Shown one piece after another: positions 49,917-61,391 of a DNA stretch of 64,000 nucleotides (within the stretch, counting starts at the first letter, position 1; each line of letters begins with the position of its first letter). The translations under genes were made by a program, and so were the position numbers. The stretch is from Promethearchaeota archaeon. Lineage in GTDB: Archaea > Asgardarchaeota > Lokiarchaeia > Sigyniarchaeales > SOKP01. The stretch covers positions 1 to 64,000 of the forward strand of contig JAHPZE010000003.1 of NCBI GenBank assembly GCA_019058365.1, given 5' to 3'. A model generated the notes under the pieces. The model was given only the letters and a program-made list of their open reading frames with translations, ran no database searches and had not been told where the DNA came from.

Positions 49917-51959
49917 ATGAAAGAAAACAAAAATCTCAAAAAAATTCGATTTGGTACTTGTACAAAAGATTGCTACGGTTCTTGTGTGTTTACAGGTGTA
50001 TGGAATGATAAGGTTCCTAAACATAAATTAATAAATGCCCATCCATTGAAAACTCATCCATTTACTAATGGTTTTTTTTGTCCTAAACTTACTCAAAGAC
50101 AAAATTTAATATATCATCAAGATAGATTGAAAAATCCATTAATCCGAAATGGCCCAAAACTTGAAAACAATTTTAAACCTATTTCTTTAAACCATGTGAT
50201 CAGTATTATTGCTGAAAAAATAGTTGAAATCAAGGAAAAAGGGAATTTAACTTCTATTTTGGGGGCTTTTTATTCTGGAAATTCAGGTTTAATTTCAAAA
50301 TACGCTCCTTTAAGATTTTTTAATAAATTGGGAGCCACAATCACCAATGGAGGTATCTGTAATGAAGGAGGATGTGCGGGACTTACACGGTTATTTGGTA
50401 CCTATTCCACTACAAATCCCTTTCAGTTAAAAAATCCGTCAACCAGATTAATAGTAAATTGGGGTAGTAATCTTTCAGAAAGTAATAACCATGCTTATTA
50501 TTTAGTTAAACAAGCTTTAAAAATGGGGACTAAACTTGTTGTTGTGGATTCTCGACGTACGAGAATAGCAAATAAAGCTCATTGTTTTCTACATATTATG
50601 CCAAGTACAGAACATTTGTTAGTTAAAATTGTACTCAATGAACTTATTACCTGTAATGTTCATGATGAAAAGTTTCTGAAAAACCATGTTGATAATTATT
50701 CCTCTCTTTTTCGAGAAGTAATCAATATTGATAAAAAGAAGCTTTTAGAGCAAATTGGAATTGACAGTCAGACATTTCAGAATTTTGTTGAATTATTGAT
50801 TAAATTTAAACACCATACTTTGTTTAATATAGGGTATGGCGTTCAGAAAGACTACTATGGTGGTAGAATCGTAAAATCTATTGCTTTTATTCAAATTTTA
50901 CTTGGAAATATAGGTAAACCCGGTTCAGGGTTGATCTATTCTCAGAGTGACTTTCTAAACCCTCTCCTTCAACCTCTTCGTAGATACATAGCGTATTTTA
51001 GCGGTGAATCAAAGATGAAAGAAATTCCTATAATAAAACTTGGCTCATCCTTATCTTCTGGGAATTATCAGGTATTATTTATATATAATTTTAATCCAGC
51101 AAGCTCATTACCTAATCAAAATTTATTAAGAAGCGCATTACTTAAAGAAGATCTATTTGTAGTAGTAATAGATATGTTTTTAAATGAAACGACTAAGTTT
51201 GCTGATATAGTCATCCCCGCAAAATTTGATTTAGAGTCTTTTGATTTGATATCTCCTTACTATATGCCAGGTTTATCGATTAATATTGGAGGTCCATGTC
51301 CATATGAAGATTGTGTATCTAACTATGAATTCTTCCAACAATTAGCATGGAAATTAGGATTTGAAAACTCGGTGATTTTTCAAGAATCAGAAAAAACAAT
51401 ATTTAAAAATTGTATAAAAATGCTACCGTTAGAAATTCAAAATCACCTTCATCAGGAAGGATATTATTTATTATTTAATAATGATGATGTTCCTTTTAAT
51501 ACATTAGAGTTTCCTACTCCCAATAATCGGATTCAAATTATTGGCACACAATTAAAATTTGGAGAAAGCGAATTGAAACGAAAAATAAACTTGAAAAAAA
51601 ATGAATTCGTCCTTATTTCTCCTTCTCATTTGCATTTCTTACACTCTCAACTATGGCAGTTAAATTCCAAATATGTGAATGAATTTAGTAAAATTTACTT
51701 ATCATCAAAAGATATTAAAAGATTGAATTTAGAAATTGGTCATGAGGTTCTTGTATCAAATGAATATGGATCTGAAACCTATATATTAGCAGAATCTCCG
51801 ATATTAAAGCATAAAACAACATTAATATATCATGGTTTATCTTCATCTTTAAAAGGAAGTCCAAATGTTAACTTTTTCATCCCCGATAAACCAGAAGAAT
51901 TAGGCTTTTCTGGATCATATAATTCTGCAATCGTTAAAATTAAAAAGATAGAGTCTTAA
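49917..51959 (+). CDS. Molybdopterin-dependent oxidoreductase
   Basis: CTKDCYGSC...FCPK [4Fe-4S] motif, RL..PL.R, WGSN, ET..FADIVIPA. Confidence 0.88.
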   Translation: MKENKNLKKIRFGTCTKDCYGSCVFTGVWNDKVPKHKLINAHPLKTHPFTNGFFCPKLTQRQNLIYHQDRLKNPLIRNGPKLENNFKPISLNHVISIIAEKIVEIKEKGNLTSILGAFYSGNSGLISKYAPLRFFNKLGATITNGGICNEGGCAGLTRLFGTYSTTNPFQLKNPSTRLIVNWGSNLSESNNHAYYLVKQALKMGTKLVVVDSRRTRIANKAHCFLHIMPSTEHLLVKIVLNELITCNVHDEKFLKNHVDNYSSLFREVINIDKKKLLEQIGIDSQTFQNFVELLIKFKHHTLFNIGYGVQKDYYGGRIVKSIAFIQILLGNIGKPGSGLIYSQSDFLNPLLQPLRRYIAYFSGESKMKEIPIIKLGSSLSSGNYQVLFIYNFNPASSLPNQNLLRSALLKEDLFVVVIDMFLNETTKFADIVIPAKFDLESFDLISPYYMPGLSINIGGPCPYEDCVSNYEFFQQLAWKLGFENSVIFQESEKTIFKNCIKMLPLEIQNHLHQEGYYLLFNNDDVPFNTLEFPTPNNRIQIIGTQLKFGESELKRKINLKKNEFVLISPSHLHFLHSQLWQLNSKYVNEFSKIYLSSKDIKRLNLEIGHEVLVSNEYGSETYILAESPILKHKTTLIYHGLSSSLKGSPNVNFFIPDKPEELGFSGSYNSAIVKIKKIES

Positions 51960-51980
51960 AAAAGATCCTGAGACAATTTA

Positions 51981-52517
51981 CTATTGATTCTTCTTTTTAA
52001 TAAAAGCAATATCACCAAGAGATGTCCGAGATGACTTTTTCATATATTTATCGTTCTGAACATTTGACTCAATCTCATCCGTCTTTTTTAGGATTTTTAG
52101 ATTATAAATATCTTCTATTTTTTTAGCTAATTTAATAGTAGGCTCTACTTTTCCAGTCTCAATTCTCTTTAATAATGAAGGTTTTTCATTTAGCTTTTGA
52201 GCGAACTGATCTTGATTGAGTCCAAGGGAATTCCTTTTATTTCTTATTTTATTAGCGTAATCAGAAATTAATTCCAAATCACCAATAAAATCCTTTTTTA
52301 AGACTTGTCGTTTTGGAGGATTTTTTCTATTATAGGGATAGGATTTTTTAATTTGCGTGTTAGTTGGTGGTTTATGTAATTTTGTGCCATGTTGAGCACA
52401 ATTATGACATACTGTTATTTTAGCTCCTTCTAATAAAACTTTTTGTCCTTTGCCCCAAATAATACTTCCACATATGGGGCATTCCTTATCAATTTCATTG
52501 TATCGTGATTTTGGCAT
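51981..52517 (-). CDS. mbf1: Multiprotein bridging factor aMBF1
   Basis: CPICG...VCHNC zinc ribbon, Cro/C1 HTH, SLGD tail. Confidence 0.9.
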   Translation of the reverse strand: MPKSRYNEIDKECPICGSIIWGKGQKVLLEGAKITVCHNCAQHGTKLHKPPTNTQIKKSYPYNRKNPPKRQVLKKDFIGDLELISDYANKIRNKRNSLGLNQDQFAQKLNEKPSLLKRIETGKVEPTIKLAKKIEDIYNLKILKKTDEIESNVQNDKYMKKSSRTSLGDIAFIKKKNQ

Positions 52518-52761
52518 AATTATGTCTCAAATACGATTTATAGATAGAAATGTGTTTTATGTATAGAATTTATTTAAATATTCTTATAATTTACGATTTA
52601 CTGTCATTATATTTTATAAACTATAAATTTTTTAAAAATCGACATTTTTAAGTAAATGTACAGAAGTAACCTTAAATTTAAATGATTAAAAGTTTATTAA
52701 TATTTTAAGGTATTTTCTTAAAAATGTAAATTAAAGTGAGAAAAGAAGGGGTATACTTTTT

Positions 52762-53970
52762 TTGACTACAACTAAAGAGAAACGAAAAAAAGAAGAAACT
52801 AAGGATGGAGAATATCTTATAACTTATACTAGACATTTAGAGAAACGACTTAGAAATTTGGAGACAGAAAAACAATTATTAGATGCAGAGCGTTTAAGAT
52901 TAGAACAAGAATTACATAGTCTAAGAAATGAAATTGATAGATTAAGAGAACCACCATTAGTATCTGCAACTATCATTGATTTTTTAGACGAAAAAGGGAG
53001 AGCAATTGTAAAAAGTTCAACAGGACCAAGTTTTGTTGTTAATAGTAGTAGAAAAGTGAAAAATGAAAAACTAGCACCTGGAACAAGGGTAGCTTTAAAT
53101 CAAAGAACTTTTGCGATTATGGAGGTCCTTCCTACTAAATTAGATCCTTTTGTTAAAGGTATGGAAGTAATTGATTCAATTCCAGACATATCATATGTAG
53201 ATGTCGGAGGATTGGAAGACCAAATGCAAGAAGTAAGAGAAACTGTAGAATTACCTTTAAAAAAGCCAGAATTATTTAAAAAAATTGGGATTGAACCACC
53301 TAAAGGAGTTTTGCTATTTGGTCCACCAGGTACTGGAAAAACTTTATTAGCAAAGGCAGTTGCGCATGAAACGGAAGCAACGTTTATAAGAATTATCGGA
53401 TCTGAATTAGTACAAAAATTTATCGGTGAAGGAGCACGTTTAGTAAGAGAGATCTTTAATTTAGCAAAAGAAAAAGCCCCTACAATATTATTTATAGATG
53501 AATTAGATGCAATAGGATCCCAAAGACTTAAGATTGCTACATCTGGAGATAGAGAAGTTCAAAGAACTCTTATGCAATTATTAAGTGAATTAGATGGATT
53601 TGAACAAAGAGGAGATGTAAAAATCATTGGTGCAACAAATAGAGTAGATATTTTAGATCCTGCACTATTGAGACCAGGAAGATTTGATCGTATGATTGAA
53701 TTTCCCATTCCTGATGAGGTAGCTCGAGAGGCAATATTTAAAATACACTCGAGAAATTTACGTATCGAAGAGAATATTGAATTTAAACGATTAGTAAATC
53801 TCACAGAGGGAGCTACTGGTGCTGATATTAAAGCAATTTGTACAGAAGCGGGAATGTTTGCAATTAGAAAAGATGCGGATATGATTATCAATAAAGATTT
53901 TATTGACGCTATAAGTAAAGTAATGAATAAAGTTAAAGGTCAAATGGTAGAATCCCGACTTTACTCTTAA
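52762..53970 (+). CDS. pan: Proteasome-activating nucleotidase
   Basis: Coiled coil, OB fold, [18 protein letters not shown]-terminal HbYX (LYS). Confidence 0.96.
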   Translation: MTTTKEKRKKEETKDGEYLITYTRHLEKRLRNLETEKQLLDAERLRLEQELHSLRNEIDRLREPPLVSATIIDFLDEKGRAIVKSSTGPSFVVNSSRKVKNEKLAPGTRVALNQRTFAIMEVLPTKLDPFVKGMEVIDSIPDISYVDVGGLEDQMQEVRETVELPLKKPELFKKIGIEPPKGVLLFGPPGTGKTLLAKAVAHETEATFIRIIGSELVQKFIGEGARLVREIFNLAKEKAPTILFIDELDAIGSQRLKIATSGDREVQRTLMQLLSELDGFEQRGDVKIIGATNRVDILDPALLRPGRFDRMIEFPIPDEVAREAIFKIHSRNLRIEENIEFKRLVNLTEGATGADIKAICTEAGMFAIRKDADMIINKDFIDAISKVMNKVKGQMVESRLYS

Positions 53971-54043
53971 ATTGTGATTTAAACAATCTATTTATGTTCT
54001 ACTTTCTTTTTCTAAAATAAATATTATTTTTAATTATTGATCT

Positions 54044-54535
54044 ATGGAAACTGAATTATTATTAGGTTTAAGACAAATTAAAGCAATTTCAGATTATCAA
54101 TTTGGTAATGAAATTACTGATCTTCTTTTTGATGAAATTGATCAGATAAGTATAGAAAGATCACCAAATACTAATAAAATCAGATATATCTATTATAATG
54201 ATAATCTATTACTTACCTTAAGACCCACAAATGGTTTTTTTACTTTAACTCTCTTTTCCGCTGCTAAAATAATTAATAATACTATGTCTCCAAAGCTAAG
54301 AGTTATTGTTTTAAATGATATTTCAGAATTTATAAAAAAGGGAAGAAATGTTTTCTGTAAACATGTTGTTAGAATTGATGAAAATTTAAGACCTTTGGAT
54401 GAGGTAATTATCGTAAATCAAGAGGATGAATTGCTGGGTATTGGTAAGTTAAAAATTCCTGTTAATTATATAAAATCATTTTCTAGTGGTATTGCAGTTA
54501 ACGTAAGAAAAGGTATTCATAAATTAAAAATTTAA
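54044..54535 (+). CDS. PUA-domain protein (TGT C-terminal-like)
   Basis: DYQFG, GRNVFCKHV, AV.VRKG. Confidence 0.85.
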   Translation: METELLLGLRQIKAISDYQFGNEITDLLFDEIDQISIERSPNTNKIRYIYYNDNLLLTLRPTNGFFTLTLFSAAKIINNTMSPKLRVIVLNDISEFIKKGRNVFCKHVVRIDENLRPLDEVIIVNQEDELLGIGKLKIPVNYIKSFSSGIAVNVRKGIHKLKI

Positions 54536-54587
54536 ATTTTGAATAATTATATATTTTAAGAAAAAAGGTTTTTTAACGTGAAATAAA

Positions 54588-55067
54588 GTGGTAAAATTAC
54601 CAAAGGAAATGCAAAATAAAGAAAAAAGTAAACCCAAACGCCCACAACCAGTTAAAGCGCGAGAAGGTCAACAATTTGGATCAAGACAGATGCGTAGAAA
54701 AATGGCTCAACAGGGTATAGATATGGAACCTGTCGATGCTACTCGAGTTATAATAGAGGGAGTAGAAAAATCATTGATAATAGAACAACCCGAAGTGGTT
54801 AGAATGAAACAAGCAGGTCAAGAGATATATCAAATAATAGGTCAAGCTGAAGAAGTTTCTCCAGAGTGTATTTCAATCAAAAGTGATGATACGTATATGG
54901 AGTTGGAACCCAGTGAAGAATCTGAGGTAAAACCCACAATCACTGAAAATGATATTATGCTAGTGGCTACTCAAGCAAATGTAGATAAAAATGAAGCAGA
55001 GTCTATATTAAAAGAATGCAATGGAGATATCGCTAAAGCGATTTTATTTTTAAAGAATAGACCTTAA
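54588..55067 (+). CDS. nac: Nascent polypeptide-associated complex protein
   Basis: RQMRRKM.QQG; NAC domain; UBA-like DI.LVA.QA...GDIAKAI. Confidence 0.92.
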   Translation: MVKLPKEMQNKEKSKPKRPQPVKAREGQQFGSRQMRRKMAQQGIDMEPVDATRVIIEGVEKSLIIEQPEVVRMKQAGQEIYQIIGQAEEVSPECISIKSDDTYMELEPSEESEVKPTITENDIMLVATQANVDKNEAESILKECNGDIAKAILFLKNRP

Positions 55068-55145
55068 TATCGAAGCATTATTCAAATAATAAAGATTAAG
55101 AGTTATAAAATTTTTATAATCAAAAAGTACGAATTTTGATTTTAT

Positions 55146-55499
55146 ATGTCGAAAATTAAGAAGAAACATAGTGAAGATCTTACAATTATTTCAGATTTGG
55201 ATATTATATTTGAGAAAATCATTCAATTTTCAGGTTGGTTGTTTTTATTAGTTCTTGTGGGTTTTATGGGTGCTTGGATATTTTTTGATACTGTTTTAAA
55301 AATAGTAGATTTGGAATTAACAGCCATGACCTATTCTTTTATTATATTTATTGGAACAAACTCAGCAATTAGTTTTGCTTTAGCCACAAAGATAAAAAAC
55401 AATAGAGATAAGAAAAAACAATTTTTTCACGATTGGTTGTTAGGAGAATTTATGTTCTGTATGTTAACGGTTTTTGCTATTGCTATTTATCAATGGTAA
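55146..55499 (+). CDS. Small three-TM membrane protein
   Basis: Three hydrophobic helices. Confidence 0.7.
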   Translation: MSKIKKKHSEDLTIISDLDIIFEKIIQFSGWLFLLVLVGFMGAWIFFDTVLKIVDLELTAMTYSFIIFIGTNSAISFALATKIKNNRDKKKQFFHDWLLGEFMFCMLTVFAIAIYQW

Positions 55500-55946
55500 A
55501 TTCTTATTTAAGAAGTTTTTCTTTATTATAAAGGTACTTTCAGTTGTTGCAATGCTTTTTTTTAAATACACTTAATCTTAATTCTTATTAAATTTTAAAA
55601 GTTGAAACTAGTGAAATGTGCTAATTTACGCGACAAAAATTTCTATAAAATGTAATTAAAGAATTAATAAATTAGAAATTGAAGAGACTCCAAAGAATTA
55701 AGAATTCTTTTATAATTTTAGTAAACATGTTTTAGATTCGCAAATAAAGTATTAATAAAATAAGTTTAAATTGGAAAAACAAATAAATTTTTATATCATA
55801 AGAGGTAAAATATTAACGATAATAAGCAATTAATAATTCTCTAAATTCAGTTCATATTACCGACAAAAATTTTTAATTAAAAATAATGTTGTATTCCACT
55901 ATATTATAATAGGATGTATAAAAATTGAAAAAGAGGAAGGTTTATA

Positions 55947-58900
55947 TTGGTCTTGGTATCAGATTTAAAACCATTAAAAGATAAAGATACTGAAAAAATT
56001 AGACGTAAATATTTGACAAAATTATTACCACGAGTTTTTAGAACTGAAGGTGATGTAGTACCATTCGATCCAATAAAGATTGAACAAAGTCTTATAAATG
56101 AAACTGCTTTAACCCAAAAATCTGCGGATAAAATTACTGAATTAGTTATCAGGAGGATAATATCTTCTGGGATTAGGTTCTTATCGGGTCCTCATATTAG
56201 AGAAATTGTATGCTCAATATTATCAGAACAACATTTTGAGGACGAGCGAAAAATATATACGAGAATAGGAATGCCATTAATGGATTATGAAGCAATTTTA
56301 GAACATGGAATAGATGAAAATGCAAATCAAGATATGAATCCAGAAAGTATTCATCATTGGGCTGCAAATAGAATATCAGATGAATACGCTTTATTAAGAA
56401 TTTTAGATTCTGAAGAAGCTCATGCTCATTTATACGGTGATATTCATGTACATATGTTAAGATATTTTGATTTAAGACCATTCTGTCAGGAATGGGATCC
56501 ACGTATGATTCTAGAACATGGATTACCTCCTGTCGAGAGTTGGGCACATTGCAGTAGATCAGGACCAGCAGGAAGCTTACGTGTAGCTGTAACTCACCTC
56601 GCCAAGTGGCTTGGAATTATTCAGGGGGAATTCAGCTTACCTTACGAAGAAACTGTGCTAATTGAAGAAAATGGAATTTTATATTGGAGTAAAATTGGAA
56701 AAGTTGTAAATAACAATTTAAATTCCCTTAAAGAAATTTATACGTTTGCATTTAATCCTCGAACATTAAAAATGGAAAAACATCAAATAACTAATGTATG
56801 TAAACATAAATGCAATGAGCCCTTTTTAAAATTTAAACTTGAATATGGGCGTGAAATAACAGTAACAAAACACCATAGCTTATTTACTCTTGATGAGGGT
56901 GAAATTATTCCAATTAAAGGAGCAAATTTAAAAATTGGAGATTATATCGTTATTCCTAAGAAAATCAATTATGAGAATGAATTTCAATTTCTCAATGTTA
57001 TAGAACTAATTAAAAAATATTCTCCAAATGCATCCAAATGGTATATTAGATCAATAAAAAATAAACTTACATCAAAACAAATTGATAAACTGCGAAAGAT
57101 TGACAAATGGGCAAATCAGCACTTATATAATGATTCAATTCCTTTCAATTTCTTTTATGAATTGAATGTTAATCCTTCCATTTATAATCAGATTCAATTA
57201 GGAATAGCTCGAAGTTCTCACAGCATTCCAGCAAAGATCCCAATTACAAATGAGTTATTATTTCTTTTAGGGATTTATGTAGCTGAAGGGTCAGGTTCAT
57301 ATAAACATTTCAGTTTAACACTTGGAGTTCATGAAAAGAATTTAATTAATGAATTAAAACAAGTGTTCTATTCTATATTTAGTGTTGATCTCAAAGATAG
57401 ACATCCCCATAAATCCGTTGATCAATTATCGATAGATAGTGAGCTTTTTAGGGAGCTTTTTGAAAATTTATTTCAAATTGGTCACGGTGCTGCTAATAAG
57501 AGAGTTCCTTTTTTTGTATTCGGTTTAGGAGAAGAGGGTATTCGAAGTTTTATTAGAGGGTATTTTCTTGGTGATGGTTATTGTAGAAATTCATACTTGA
57601 AAAAAGCCCGTGTTAGAAACGAAATTTCTGGAAAAACCGTAAGTAATCAACTAATAGAGGATTTAAATTTCATATTACTTAAAATAGGCATTGTCCCTTC
57701 AATTAATTATAGAGAAAACGGAAATATAATATCGATTTATGGTAAAGAATACTTAGAAATATTTTTAAAATCTTTTAGAGAAAAAGATTTAAAATGGAGG
57801 GTAGAACAAACAGAATTTGATATATCTCCTCTTCCCTTACAAGTTCCGACTAATCATTGCGGATTGCAACAGCATTATGGAAACAATACTAAATTGAATT
57901 ATGTTGAAAGAGGGTCCATTAATCAAAAACAGAGAATTGGAAGAAAAGCTCTGAGAAAAATATTAATGAAGGTTCCAAATAGTTCTTACAAGTCTCAATT
58001 AACAAAATTTTTAAAAAGTGATCTAACTGTTTTAAGAATAAAAGATATAACTGAACTTCCTAAAGAAGAATATGCTTATGATTTTGAAGTAGCTCCTAAA
58101 GGTGAATTAATTGAAAATTTTATTGGTGGTAAAGGATTAATTATTGCTCATAATTCAGGAGGTCAAGGGTATGATTATATAACTACATTTTTAGCCCCAT
58201 ATGCACGTAATCTAAGTGCTAGAGAAATAGAACAATCAATGCAATGCTTAATTTTTGAGACTAATCAAATTTTTGCTGCTAGAGGTGGGCAAGTACCTTT
58301 CACCTCCATCTCATGCACTCCTACTGTACCTGATGGTTTGTTAAATATCCCTTCTATTGGACCTCATGGAAAAGTTGTAGGAAGATATGGAGATTATAAA
58401 GAGGAATGCCTCAGACTATTTGATGCTTTAACTGATGTTTATATTCAAGGTGATCATAATGGAAAACTTTTTGCTTTTCCGAAACATGAGATTAAAATTA
58501 AAAAAGATTGGTTGTACGAATTTGAACCATCTTATTTAAAAGTAATGGAAGAAGTTGCTACCATGGGAACTCCATATTTCCTTAATATGTGCCCTAATTG
58601 GATGCCAGATGAAATCCACAGTCAATGTTGTAGAAAATTTTTAAGGGGTGATAAAATCGTCGAGCAATGCAATTTAGATCCTGAAAAGAGAAAAAAAGTA
58701 AACGTATGGGAAAATTATGTAACAATTGGTTCACTTCAAAGTGTTAGTTTAAATCTTCCTCGGTATGCTTATCTTTCAGAAAATGAATCTGATTATTTCA
58801 ATGTATTAGATGAGAAAATTGAGCTTTCTGCAAGAATTTTATTAAAAAAATGGAAATTAATGGAGAGAAGATTAAAAACAGGGCATTTGCCATTGTGTAG

Positions 58901-59603
58901 TGGTAAAATAAAAGGTAAATCAATCTTCAACTTAAAAGATCAGAATCTTTCAATAGGGTTTACTGGATTAAATGAAGCTGTAAAAAGTCTATCTGGATAT
59001 GAACTTCATGAAGATAATACTGCTTATGAGTTAGGAAAAAAGATTTTAAATTACATCGTTGCTAAATGTAATACTATGACTCAAAGAGACGGGAAGTTTT
59101 ATTCTATATGGGAGCAACCTGCAGAATCTAGTTCTGGACGTTTTGCTAGATTGGATTTAAAACATTTCCCTAAAAAAGCAATAGTGCAATCGTCTGGCAT
59201 TTCTGCTTATTATACTAATTCAGGTCACTTTAGATATGACGCAGATTTACCTTTTTTCGAACGTATAATAAAGCAAGGAGATTTGCATCCAATTATTGAG
59301 GGTGGTGTAATTACTCACATTTGGTTAGGAGAACAAAAGCCAGATCTTTATGGACTTTGGGAACTTACCAAAAACATTTGCCTTAATACAAATACTGCCT
59401 ATTTTGCTTACACAATTGATTTTATTTATTGTCCTTCATGTAGGAAAATGTTTAGAGGGACTCAATTTAATTGTCCGAAATGTAATTCTGAGAATGTAAA
59501 AGTGTATTCAAGAGTTACGGGATATTATAGTGAAGTAAATAGATATAATCCCGGAAAAAAGGCAGAATGGGAAGCTCGTAGACGCGAGCATCTTTTTTAT
59601 TAA
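55947..59603 (+). CDS. nrdD: Anaerobic class III ribonucleotide reductase, intein-containing
   Basis: ATP cone; GDIHVH; SLNLPR; PAES; YYTNS; C-terminal CPSC..CPKC and YSRVTGYY glycyl-radical motif. Confidence 0.93.
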   Translation: MVLVSDLKPLKDKDTEKIRRKYLTKLLPRVFRTEGDVVPFDPIKIEQSLINETALTQKSADKITELVIRRIISSGIRFLSGPHIREIVCSILSEQHFEDERKIYTRIGMPLMDYEAILEHGIDENANQDMNPESIHHWAANRISDEYALLRILDSEEAHAHLYGDIHVHMLRYFDLRPFCQEWDPRMILEHGLPPVESWAHCSRSGPAGSLRVAVTHLAKWLGIIQGEFSLPYEETVLIEENGILYWSKIGKVVNNNLNSLKEIYTFAFNPRTLKMEKHQITNVCKHKCNEPFLKFKLEYGREITVTKHHSLFTLDEGEIIPIKGANLKIGDYIVIPKKINYENEFQFLNVIELIKKYSPNASKWYIRSIKNKLTSKQIDKLRKIDKWANQHLYNDSIPFNFFYELNVNPSIYNQIQLGIARSSHSIPAKIPITNELLFLLGIYVAEGSGSYKHFSLTLGVHEKNLINELKQVFYSIFSVDLKDRHPHKSVDQLSIDSELFRELFENLFQIGHGAANKRVPFFVFGLGEEGIRSFIRGYFLGDGYCRNSYLKKARVRNEISGKTVSNQLIEDLNFILLKIGIVPSINYRENGNIISIYGKEYLEIFLKSFREKDLKWRVEQTEFDISPLPLQVPTNHCGLQQHYGNNTKLNYVERGSINQKQRIGRKALRKILMKVPNSSYKSQLTKFLKSDLTVLRIKDITELPKEEYAYDFEVAPKGELIENFIGGKGLIIAHNSGGQGYDYITTFLAPYARNLSAREIEQSMQCLIFETNQIFAARGGQVPFTSISCTPTVPDGLLNIPSIGPHGKVVGRYGDYKEECLRLFDALTDVYIQGDHNGKLFAFPKHEIKIKKDWLYEFEPSYLKVMEEVATMGTPYFLNMCPNWMPDEIHSQCCRKFLRGDKIVEQCNLDPEKRKKVNVWENYVTIGSLQSVSLNLPRYAYLSENESDYFNVLDEKIELSARILLKKWKLMERRLKTGHLPLCSGKIKGKSIFNLKDQNLSIGFTGLNEAVKSLSGYELHEDNTAYELGKKILNYIVAKCNTMTQRDGKFYSIWEQPAESSSGRFARLDLKHFPKKAIVQSSGISAYYTNSGHFRYDADLPFFERIIKQGDLHPIIEGGVITHIWLGEQKPDLYGLWELTKNICLNTNTAYFAYTIDFIYCPSCRKMFRGTQFNCPKCNSENVKVYSRVTGYYSEVNRYNPGKKAEWEARRREHLFY
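56634..58154 (+). mobile_element. Intein with LAGLIDADG homing endonuclease (507 aa)
   Basis: Starts at SLPYEE; block B VT..HS; LLGIYVAEGS and FIRGYFLGDG; YDFEV...ENF...IAHN followed by +1 Ser (SGGQG). Confidence 0.92.
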
Positions 59604-59649
59604 TTTTTACTTTTCTATTTTTTAAATATTATCATATTTTATACTATAT

Positions 59650-59967
59650 ATGATTAAAGAGTATTTACTTAAAGAAGTGCAAGAAATCGTAGACAATTGG
59701 ATCCATAATCATGGGGGGTATTGGCCACCTTTATCAATGATTTGCGCTAGTATGGAAGAATTAGGAGAAGTTGCAAGAGAAATAAATTCTCTAGAAGGAT
59801 ATAAACCAAAAAAGTCAAATAATTTAGATTCTAATTTAGGACAAGAATTGGCAGATCTTCTTTTTTCTATTATATGCATTGCTAATCATTATAAAATTGA
59901 TTTAGGGAAAGAATTTAATAAAATAATTAATAAGTATTCCAATAGAGATTCAAAACGATTTAAATAA
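59650..59967 (+). CDS. MazG-like nucleotide pyrophosphohydrolase (YpjD-like)
   Basis: EELGEVAR...ELADLL...RD..RF. Confidence 0.88.
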   Translation: MIKEYLLKEVQEIVDNWIHNHGGYWPPLSMICASMEELGEVAREINSLEGYKPKKSNNLDSNLGQELADLLFSIICIANHYKIDLGKEFNKIINKYSNRDSKRFK

Positions 59968-60076
59968 GTTAGAGCCGTCCATAGGGAATTTCATTTGATA
60001 ATGCTATAATTTTAATTGTTTAAATTTTTCTATTTTATGAAGTAATAAGAATGAATAAGTAAGTTTTTAAGTAGCA

Positions 60077-61255
60077 ATGTTGAAAGAAGGATTGGAAAAA
60101 CAGGAAATACTAAAAATACTTGATGAAAAATTAAAAAGCGACTATTCATATAAATCAGGGTCAATTTTAGGGTCAATGTGTACTGAACCTCTAGCTATTG
60201 CCGTTGAAGTTTATATGAAATACGTTGCAAAAAATCTTGGAGATCCGGGTTTATTTTTAGGGACTGCAGATTTAGAAAAAGAATTAGTTACTGAGATTGG
60301 TGAGCTTTTTAGAGGAAAGAAAATAATAGGGACTTTCACTACGGGTGGTTCAGAAGCAAACTTAATAGCTATGAGGATTGCTAAAAAGTTAAGACCTGAT
60401 ATTGCATATCCAGAAGTAGTAGTTCCCTATTCAGCTCATTTATCTTTTGATAAAGCAGCAGATTTACTTGGAATTAAGCTTCGAAAAGCAAAATTACACG
60501 ATAATTTTGAACTTGATCTCGATCATTTTAATTCACTAATCAATAATAATACTTGTGGTGTTGTAGGAATTGCAGGGACAACTTCATTAGGTTTGATTGA
60601 TCCAATAGAAGATATTGGAAAATTAATTGAAGGCAAAAATATATTTTTTCATGTCGATGCTGCATTTGGGGGATTCATTTTACCATTTCTAAAAGAATTG
60701 AACTATCCCGTTCCTGCGTGGGACTTTTCTGTAAATTCGGTTGATTCTATAACCGCAGATCCCCATAAAATGGGTTTAGGAATCATTCCTTCAGGAGGTT
60801 TTTTTTTAAGAGATCCTTCAATTTTACAAAAAACAGGATTTGAAATTCCGTATTTAGCTGGAGGAAATTTTAAACACTTCCACATAGTGGGAACTAGATC
60901 TGGGGGAACTGTAATAGCTTTTTGGGTAATTCTAAAATCTTTAGGATTTAATGGATTTTTAGAAATCGTAAAAAATTGTATGGATAACACCCGATATTTG
61001 ACTCAACGAATAAATGAAATAAAAGGAGTAAAGTTAGCTACTAATCCAACTATAAATATTGTTGGTATTACTACTGAAAATAAAGAAAATATTTGTAAAA
61101 TTGATGAAGAATTACGAAAGAGAAATTGGATGATAGGTAAATTTGAAGATTTCAATCTTATTAGAGTGGTAATTATGCCACATGTTCAAAAAACTCATTT
61201 ACAAAATTTTACAGATGATTTAGAGAAAATTTTAAAAAAGTTAAAAATTTCTTAA
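60077..61255 (+). CDS. mfnA: PLP-dependent tyrosine/aspartate decarboxylase
   Basis: SMCT.P, NLGDPGL, GGSEAN, HVDAAFGG, DPHKMG, GTRSG. Confidence 0.9.
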   Translation: MLKEGLEKQEILKILDEKLKSDYSYKSGSILGSMCTEPLAIAVEVYMKYVAKNLGDPGLFLGTADLEKELVTEIGELFRGKKIIGTFTTGGSEANLIAMRIAKKLRPDIAYPEVVVPYSAHLSFDKAADLLGIKLRKAKLHDNFELDLDHFNSLINNNTCGVVGIAGTTSLGLIDPIEDIGKLIEGKNIFFHVDAAFGGFILPFLKELNYPVPAWDFSVNSVDSITADPHKMGLGIIPSGGFFLRDPSILQKTGFEIPYLAGGNFKHFHIVGTRSGGTVIAFWVILKSLGFNGFLEIVKNCMDNTRYLTQRINEIKGVKLATNPTINIVGITTENKENICKIDEELRKRNWMIGKFEDFNLIRVVIMPHVQKTHLQNFTDDLEKILKKLKIS

Positions 61256-61391
61256 GATTCGAATAGAAGTTTTATAAAAATTACCGTTTTAATTAATATA
61301 GTTAGAAAAAAAATATATTTAGTACAAATTATTATTAAATTAATAGTAAGGTTTTTTGGGAGTTTAATTTCAAAAACTTGGAATTAAGATT

